Source of the DNA: Paraspadella gotoi
Taxonomy: Eukaryota; Animalia; Chaetognatha
Reading direction: 5' to 3'
Assembly: GCA_051294375.1 (NCBI GenBank)
Contig: CM119270.1
Location: 13,013,117-13,077,116 of the forward strand
DNA: 64,000 nucleotides
In this document: piece after piece, positions 49,532 through 64,000 of the stretch
Numbering within the stretch: the first letter of the stretch is position 1
Layout: each line of letters opens with the position of its first letter
Notes under the pieces: model-generated
Databases searched by the model: none
What the model was told of the DNA's origin: nothing
Seen by the model: only the letters and a program-made list of their open reading frames with translations
Made by a program: the position numbers and the translations under genes

Positions 49532-50463
49532 ATGGCGCGCGAGTACGATCATCTCTTCAAGCTGCTTATCATTGGCGACAGCGGGTGGGTTTTTGGGTTC
49601 GGGGTGCGGGAGACGTACTGACTGGGAAGTGAAGACGTATGAAATTTCTCTTACATCTTACATTCTTGAACTATCCATGGTAATTCTTAAACAGTTTGTT
49701 TTACTCGCCCCTTTTATCTCTAGCGTCGGTAAGAGCAGTCTTCTGCTCCGATTCGCCGACAACACCTTCACCGGATCTTACATCACGACGATCGGCGTCG
49801 ACTTTAAGATCAAAACTGTCGAGATAAACGGCGAACGCGTCAAACTGCAAATATGGGATACGGCAGGCCAGGAACGATTCAGGACCATCACTTCTACCTA
49901 CTACAGAGGAACACACGGCGTCATCGTTGGTAATCCTAAGACATAAAAAAAAATTATTTCTTGATTTCCTCGTAACTTCTATGTAACAATATTTTGATTG
50001 CGTTTTTTCATCAGTGTACGACGTCACTTCCGGCGACTCCTTCGCCAACGTCAAGCGTTGGCTTCACGAAATCGACCAAAACTGTGATAGCGTCTCCCGC
50101 GTCCTCGTCGGCAACAAGGACGACTGTCCCGACCGAAAAGTAGTCCTCACCCAAGGTAAGAAGAAGAAGAGGCTTTGAACGGAATCACTCGATCAACCGC
50201 GGACCAATCAATCGTACTTTTATTATTTCCCATCCTTAGACGCCCAGCGCTTCGCGGATCAAATGAGCATTCGCATGTTCGAGACGTCGGCAAAGGAGAA
50301 CAAAAACGTGGAGGACATGTTTAACTGCATAACTAAACAAGTGTTGGACAGTAAAAAGAGGCGGCAAGAGCGCGAGGCGGAGCAGGCCAAGAACGACACT
50401 GTGCATTTAGGAAGACACAAAGGAGGAATGGGAACGAGAATCAAAAACAAAAAATGCTGTTGA
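49532..50463 (+). CDS. RAB35: Ras-related protein Rab-35
   Basis: [81 protein letters not shown], with a polybasic KNKKCC end. Confidence 0.94.
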
Positions 50464-52167
50464 GAGTGTGAAGGAAAAGAAGAAAAAAAAAGTTTGTACA
50501 AAAATTTTATAAAAGTGTTTTGCCCGTGTTCTTTTTTCTGTTATTTGAGTCTACATGATAATCTCATGATAGTATTTGTGTTGGGATACACCGAGTTGCG
50601 ATGTTAGACGTAAAAATTAATAACGACATTTCTTGAAATTCATATTTTGGCAAGTTTTTTTTTTTCACAAATTCTGTTGCGCACGTTTGTTGACTCTCCT
50701 TTTTTCAACTCGGTATAAATTAACGGGTAACACCAATTTCGAATGATCATTTCAACAGTCTTTTATATTAGTCCTAAATATAATGTCTTCAGTCGTGTCT
50801 GATCGAAAATTAGTTTAAATATTTCATACCTATTCATTAGCAATTATTTCATAGTTAAATTTTTTCTCTGTCACAGAGTTGAGAAACTGGTAATTGCACT
50901 TCTTGTTATCGGTACGTAGTTTGAAACTTCAGTTCTAGCTTTAAATTTCATTTGTAGAATTTCACTGCCATTATTAAACGAACTGCATGTCTTTCAGAAT
51001 AAGGACATAAAATTTAATTTTAATGCCTCTATGTTCGGACGTCAACTTTTCAGAAAGAGTTAAGAATATTGAATGTCCTATTTGGCGGGCACTGTGCCTT
51101 GACTAATGTTGATGTTGACGTCCTCAAAATACGCTACATTGGAATAAAAACGCATAGAATTAGGTGCTATTTAAAAAAACAAGAGTGACCCGAAAACAAA
51201 GCTTTAGTAATTTTACATAAAATACGAGACTGTTGTTATACGTAGTTCAAAAATTTTATTAGCATTGTAACAACTTAAATAATTCTACGGTTCATTTGCA
51301 TTTCGCGAACGTGCATGATACTACCGGCTTCTTGAAAACTCGGTTCTGAGGCCTTTTCTCCTCAACTTCGTATTAATTTGGTTTTGGCCTTAAAAAAATA
51401 TTCAGCTAAATCTTGATAAATAATCCATATTTTATTCCGAAAACCCTGTGATAAAAATTGTCTTACTCCCCGATCTTTTTCCTCGTTTTTCTTGTTGGTT
51501 GTTTTCTTATTTTTCCCCATTCTTGCGATGACCACCGTCCCATAATTAATAAGTTTATAACACCGCGTTTGGGACTTCGCCCCGAAAATGGTTAAAAGTC
51601 TTAGTTAAGATATTTTTTTGTGGATGTAATTGTTTGTTGGGGTGAAGGGTACTCGTTAGAGCCAACTATTTATGCTTTTGATAAAAAAAAATCAAAATAA
51701 TTTTTTTCGGGGATTAACTGTATCCTTATACCTTTCTGTTATTTATGAGGTATTCGTAGAGAAAATCTGTACTTTATACTTTGTAAATACGCGAGTAGTT
51801 AGGCCTTTTAACAACTCGTCTCTAATACTACGCTTTTTTATAGGCCGCATATATAAATTGTATGACGCCCGTTTTTCATTTTCGCGCTAACGTGGCGAAC
51901 AAAAAAATTGACAATTTGGTTTTAAAAGATCAAATTATTTGAAACAAAACTCGAAACTCGATCGTCTCTTTCGAACAAAAGAGAGACGCTGCTCTTCGTC
52001 CGCCAAGACCTCCTACGGCCGCGCGAAGAATCTCGTTTTATCTCGCGCGCACGAGCAAAAGACGATGATCAGGAGTCGGACGAGTCCGACCGTGGGCGTG
52101 ACGTCCGCGCGAAGCTGACGACGTCAACGTCCGGGTGAAGCCGACGACTCGTGAAGAAAAGAAAGCC

Positions 52168-57579
<5,412 letters not shown>

Positions 57580-59458
57580 CAATTTTTTTTTCTTAGTTTA
57601 TTATCGTTTAGGGAATTTTTAAAATTTGTCTTTTTGGACAGCGTATCTTTTTCGATGTTTCGGGTAATATTTTTTTTTGTCCTTGTTAGTTCTTTATTTT
57701 GAAGTTTACGTTAGAGTCTAACGACGCGGCGTTAGAAGTAAACAGTGTAAGCTCCGTCAGGATCTGTCGATTTGAAAACTAGATTAAATATAACGATATA
57801 TTAATAATGAAGTCATTGGAACAATGCTGGAATCATACGTATTTTGTAATCGCATCAAATTGAGGTTTCACTGTTGTTCCTAATGTAAAAGCGTGGAAGC
57901 AGAAGGGAAACGTTTTATTATTCCTATTGATATAAAATATATGTAACAGAATACAAACTACATGAGGATTTAGTTACGAATTCACTTAAATGTTGTTCTC
58001 GTCAAATCATCTATTTCCGGTGTGGGAAGGTTAAAATAATTGTTCTTTAACCTGGAAGGAATCGGGTTGTTGGGTACCCTTTAATTTTTCAATCAAACCC
58101 AGAATCTAGTCCCCGACCCCCACCCTTTCATCACTGCCATCAAGTACCCTCTTATCCCGTTTTACTCGTCCTTTTTTCGGCCCAAAGCTGTTTTATTTCC
58201 CTCGGTTTGACGTGAGCCTTTTATATAATACAGAGCTTATAATAATATTGTTATAATTATGCTTTATTTATTAATAACTTATTAAGATAGAGATAACTTT
58301 CACGGATTTATTTTTTTAAAGGTGAGTATGTAGGTCACTTTTGTCATAAATCCTTTGATATAAAGATAAATTATTCTAAGCTGCATTTAATAAGTTTCTT
58401 TGGTCTATGAAATATAGTTATTTCATTTAAATTTCACTACTCCCTTTAATACAAACTGCTTCGCACTGGGATCGATGTATAGTATTTGTTTTGCTTTCCG
58501 GTTTTGAGGATGTTAAAGCTAATTTTCACTCGCCTTTAGGCTATTGCATTTTGAACTACGATGAAATGTGTGAATTTTATATACCAGGATTTAAAGAATA
58601 ATTGCCCATCACTATTAAATTGTCCAAGTTTTCAGATAAGTTAACCTATTAACGTCCCAAATTATATTCTTCCCTATAACTGTGATAATTGTGAAATCCC
58701 ATTTTCCAGAGGCCATTTAATAACATTTAATAATTCTTTTACGTATATTAGATGTAAAATCATTCCCGTTATCTACATGCCTTAAATAGCTTTAAAAATC
58801 GTATTCCACAGTGCACCCTCAATTACCAAGTCTTTTTGGATCGTACTGTTTTGAGTCATAAGTAGTATTTGTTGACTACCCTGTTCGAGAAATATATTGT
58901 TAAGTTTATATTACGTAATTCGCATGGCTTTTTGATACCAAAATAAAAATATAGACCGAGAAATAGCATTCATTTACGGTCGTTTTTCCTAGAAAGCCGT
59001 GACGGCGATTCAAGTCAATTTCATCCTACAAAACCCTCCCGGCAAACCCTAGTTATTTATTTAAACAGTTTACTGACGCAAAAACTTTATTTACAGTTAA
59101 AAGCTAATTATAAATGCAACAGATTTACCGTGCGGCATGAACGTTCTGGTTTTTATGTTTATATTTTGCTTCTGTTTTGTATTAATTTTTTTTTCCTGTT
59201 AGTGCTTAAAACCACTTGAATTTAAAAAATTTCGACATGGAACTTTTTTATACTCGTTTTGGAAATTGACATAATAAAAAAAATGGGGACCACCTATCTC
59301 CCTTATCCATCAGGCGAGTGTTTACTTCGTAGTTTCAATACTCAATAGGCGTGACAGATTATCTACTTTTGAAACGCTTGTCGGTAGAGGATTGAATTAT
59401 TTTGATCTTCTCGCCATTAGGAGCTCGATCAAATTTTGCGTACAGTACGACGACTTCT

Positions 59459-60876
59459 ATGACAAACGCATTGCCCGGCGCTTTGTCTCTGGAGCTCGTT
59501 CTGGCCCGGTCGAGCGCCGCGGATCTCCGAAGCGTCCGTCGGCTCAATGCTTGGCACCAAAGTATCTGCGACATTTCTGTCCTCCGAAGATTACCTAACC
59601 TGGAGATCCTTAACTTAAGTAGCAACTTGATCAATGATCTCAGGTTTGCAGAACAAATGACGAGGAATGTTAGAATGTTAGATTAATTCTACTCTAAGGA
59701 AAAAAATGTAGAATGAAAAGCGGGGGGAAAAACGGGGCGATGCATTTCACCCTATTATGTTTGCTACTTTCTGATTTCTAAATCAAAACAATAACAAGAA
59801 AACCTGAGCTTCCACATCTTCACTCCCTCTCAGTCCGTTGCAGTTTTGTCCGTCATTGAAAGAAGTGTATCTTCGCCGTAATGAGATCGGCGCCATCTGC
59901 GAATTGAAACGCCTTCAGGGCGCGAGGGATCTGCGGGCCTTGTGGTTGTCGGGAAATCCGTTATGTCGTCGATTCGACTCTGTGGACGAGTATAGGAAGG
60001 CGGTTATTCGCTTTTTGCCGCAGGTTCGGGAGAAGAGGTGGGAAGTATTTTATTTTAATTCTTGTATTAATGTTATAAAAGTGTACTGATCCACTCCCAT
60101 TTTTTTCCCAGCTAACATCTCTCGACAACGTAGAGGTCAGCGAAGAAGAAAGGAGCCTCGCAATGTCCATCGACATCGGAGATGAGGCCACTGGCTATAA
60201 GCTCGACCGCGCCATAACCGACGACGGTGAGTGTGCGTCAAATGTGCCTCGATCCCAAAACGAGGACGCGAAGATTGAAGACGTCGGAGTGACTCTTGCT
60301 GCCGTCGAAGTTGTTCCTTGCGCCGACGATGACGGAGGCGAGTTGGCGTCAACGACGCCCACCGACGAAACGGAGGAGTTGCTTGTCGCCTCGCTCCGAT
60401 TCTCTCTCGTCGAGACTAACGCCATTCGAGAATTTCTCGAGTTGAAACCGATCGAGACTGGAGGGGAGGAGGAAGAGGAGGATCAGGAAGAGGAGAAGGA
60501 GGTAGAAAATAAGCAAGAGGAAGAGGATTTGGATTCGTCCTCGACGATTCATTCCGAGGCAACGGAGGATGGAGACTTTGGAGACGGCTGCGATCTCGAA
60601 GATCGAGGGTCGATGGAACAAAACTTGTTCGTTGGCGGTCGTCACGACGACGACTATTCAGACGACGCGGATTCGTTAAAATTACAGAGCGAGTCGGGGA
60701 ATGTCTCCGTAGAAACTGAATTTAAATCCGATGCTCTGAATGACAAAACGGATCGCAATAAGACGTCGCTGTTGAAGGCGACGCTGTTGCTGCTCAAAAA
60801 TCTCTCGGCTGACGAGTTGCGGATGGTCGAGGAAGAGTGCAGGCTCTTGAGGAGGGAAGAGGACGACTGGGTTTAG
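59459..60876 (+). CDS. CFAP410: Cilia- and flagella-associated protein 410 (C21orf2)-like LRR protein
   Basis: LRSVRRLNAW, LPNLEILNLSSNLINDL, LKEVYLRRNEI, LRALWLSGNPLC, LRRcap YRKAVIRFLPQLTSLDN, an acidic linker and a C-terminal LLKATLLLLKNL helix. Confidence 0.8.
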
Positions 60877-61521
60877 CCTTTCCAACTCCTTTACTTTACT
60901 TTTACTTTTACTTTTCATTGCTTTCTATTCTTTTATATACTCAGTTTGTTCGAGGCGATTTTTACCTGCATTCTTTTCGCATCTTTTGGCTAATTCTGAT
61001 GAGCGGGGTTTTCCGTCTCTTTCTCACCCTTTTTAGAGTATCTGTAAGAGATAACCAACGATGCAAGTAACAAATAATATATAATTCATAACCTGAGTCC
61101 CACTCCTACATATCAATAACGCTGATTTTATGTCCTACAATTCATTTCTCCCCGAAACGATTGTAGATTTTTCTGCTTCTGAACGAAGTCGCCTAAGCCT
61201 GAACCTTCCAAGTTTTATTCCTTGGCAAAAGTGCCGTATGTATTTGCTTACTACAGTACTAGTAGGTATTTTATACATTGAATTAGACATCACGGTTCTC
61301 CAGTTATCTGTCCAATTGATTACTTGATAATACGTACTTAATCCGTCCGAATATTTTTAATTTTACTATCGTTGATTATTAATTATTGATTTACATCGCA
61401 CTTTAAATTACACTTTTTAGCGACGAACCTCACTTGATGCAATGGCCACGCACAAACAAGTCCCAACTTTATAAAAAGGAAATAAAAAAATAAGTGTCTA
61501 ATTAAAAAAAACTGACCGACG

Positions 61522-64000
61522 ATGGCGGATTCGTCGCCTAACTTGGATCCTCAAGACTTTGAAAAAGACTCGGTGACTCTGTCGCTGAAGGCCGTTTACT
61601 TCGACGAGCTTAACATACCCGAGACTGCCTCTTTTTACTACGTGGAGGCAGCGGAAGCGCTTCTCAGCGCCATCAAACATGGCTCGAAAAAGCCGGGGCT
61701 CGCCCAGGTACTTCGTTTATTTTTCTTTTTTTTTTGGAGCGGTTGTTATAATTTCGTAAACAAAAGATAATCGATGGAAAGATGATGTGATGATATCGGC
61801 TAAGTTGAGTTTAGTTGTCCAAAGTCGACTACAAAATTGATGAAATCGACATTACTTTCTTTGCCCCCCGACCTATATTTTCCTAATAAGTGTCATGTTC
61901 TCGTTATTGGATAAAAACGACAACAAAAAATTCTTCAATCCCTTTCCAGAAAGCGACAGAATACATCAGTCGCGCAGAGAACCTGAAGAAGCTCGAGTCT
62001 CGACCCGAGAGCGCGCGGAGGAAGACTCTTGTTCGAAGGTAAGTCTTCTTTGATAGACTTCTTACCTCAACTTACCAAACGACAATTCAGAGCGTCGCTG
62101 GATGAGCAGTCTGAGGGGCGAGCGCAATTCCTCATGAGTCAGGCGCTCGATGAAGACGAAGCGGGCAACGTGGACGAAGCCTGCGAGCTCTATATGCAGG
62201 CCGCCGAGCTGTGCCTTAAAATGAGCAAGAGCCTGGGAGGTCCAGAATCGTCTACTGGGGGTGAGATTAGTCGGAAAACCTTGCCTTCACTCATTTCTCT
62301 CACAATTGTAAATTTATTTTATTTTACAATGAATTTATCCGATTTCGGGATTGATCAGTTTTTATTTTTTGCGAAGGTTCGCCGTCGCGATTGGGTGGAA
62401 GCCTCAAGTCGCCGACCCAATCTCGAAGCCAGAAAGAAAAAATTTCGCAATCTGGCGACTCAGGCCATCGAGCGAGTCGAGCTTCTCAAGAAGAAGCTCA
62501 AGGAAATCGAAAACATCCCCGCCCCACCCGTCGACGACCCTGTCGGTGCGAGACTCTGCTCCGGTAGAGTCTGCGTCGAAACCTTCCTCGGACTCCAACC
62601 TCAGCAGAAGGTAAAAAAGCTGATATAACAAATTGTGGCTTTTCCCTCTATATGGATCCTAAGATAATGTTTGTTTCTTCGACGATTCAGTCGCCATTCA
62701 GCGCACTCGACTCCGCCACCAGGCGGCGGAGGTGGCGGTGCCGGAGGAATTGGCGGCCCCGGGAGAGGGCGGCTCCCTCCCAGTGCCGGTGGATATTCTA
62801 AGGAGGAGATCGAAGTCTTGCGGAAAACCTCCATCATCAACGGGCGAGAATATTTGCCTTTCATGTCGGTCGACCTGAAGGAAAAGTTCGCCTATTCTAT
62901 TCCCTTCACGGACAAGCACGGAAAGCTGGAACTCAGTCCCAAACAAAAAGTTAGTGGCCTTTTGTTTTTGTGCGTTTTAGTTAAAAACTTTGTTGTACAA
63001 GATCATTCAGTTATTATTAAGTTTTTTTTTCGCCGTTAGGAACGCTTCGATCGTTGGGTTCGACCCGATGAGATCTGCGAAACTCCCACGATGATCATGG
63101 CCGTGTCGTCGTTCTCCATTCGACAGGTTTAAGTTGTATTTAATTAGCGACCGCCTCCGTTGCCTTCCTTCCTTTTAAAATAATTTGTATTGTTTGTCCA
63201 GACGATCGTTTCGGATTGTTCTTTTGTCGCTTCGTTGGCGATCAGCGCCGCCTACGAGCGACGGTTCCGCAAAAAACTTATCACCAGCATCATCTATCCT
63301 CGAAACAAGGCCGGAGAACCCATGTACAATCCCTGCGGAAAATACATGATCAAACTCAACCTTAATGGGATATCTAGGTTCTCTTGATAGACGCTTCGTA
63401 ATTTTAGAAATTATTAAATTTGTTATTTAATAATAGAATTGTTTTTTTTTTCGTCTAGAAAAGTGATTATCGACGATTACCTCCCCATGTCGAAAGACGG
63501 GGAACTCCTTTGCTCTTACTCCAACAATCGAAGCGAACTTTGGGTCTCCCTCATGGAAAAGGCTTACATGAAGGTTTGCCAACCCCGGATCTAGAGAAAT
63601 ATTGCTTTATTATGTAGGTTTGTGTCATATAACACAGCTGAATTATTTTACTCTTTTCTAACAGGTAATGGGCGGTTACGACTTTCCTGGATCAAACTCC
63701 AACATCGATCTCCACGCCCTCACCGGATGGATTCCCGAAAGAATTTCCACTCGGAACGACTTCGACAAGGACGCCGTCTTCAACAAAATTTACAAACGGT
63801 TCGTCATTTAAAAAAAAAAGAGCGTGGCCCGACTAATTTTTTTGTGATGTCGCCTGTTAAAATCTCTCTTTTCACTCAAGATTCAACAAAGGGGACGTTC
63901 TCGTGACGACGTCGACATGGAGAGTTGACGGATGACGAAGCCGACCGCGCCGGTCTCGTCACGAGCCACGCCTACGCCATGCTCGACGCCCGGGAAGTCA
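61522..64000 (+). CDS. CAPN7: Calpain-7 (PalB homologue; MIT domains + cysteine protease), 5' part, truncated by the window end
   Basis: Two MIT-like repeats, [43 protein letters not shown] (catalytic Cys), [43 protein letters not shown]. Confidence 0.95.

Noticed and set aside
60995-61030. CTGATGAG followed by a small hairpin as a hammerhead
   Set aside because: No downstream GAAA core or cleavage triplet.

Overview
Compact, intron-rich animal (metazoan) genomic DNA with GC-richer exons and AT-rich introns of about 55-100 bp. I can assemble 18 spliced protein-coding genes, all on the + strand and often only 100-350 bp apart: CLPP (3' part), SEPT6-group septin, PPAN, a class I SAM methyltransferase, NUB1, C22orf39-like, a YTH-domain protein, FATP/SLC27A, PIGQ, RHEB, C18orf32-like, clathrin heavy chain, LSM4, NPRL2, RAB35, USP6NL-like TBC GAP, CFAP410-like and CAPN7 (5' part). 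This layout suggests operons resolved by trans-splicing. The most notable feature is a ~241-bp intronic mobile element present in three copies (1163-1403, 21615-21812, 25875-26115). It has TG...TA ends and a different exact 4-bp target-site duplication at each site, and it carries a type-P5 (circularly permuted) twister ribozyme fold with compensatory changes between copies. The only copy lying sense to its host pre-mRNA has lost the catalytic G. Other intronic inserts include Tc1/mariner-type MITEs and tRNA-derived SINEs, one with a degenerate hammerhead core. Gene boundaries were assembled by eye, so internal exon structure is approximate. The organism cannot be identified from the sequence alone.
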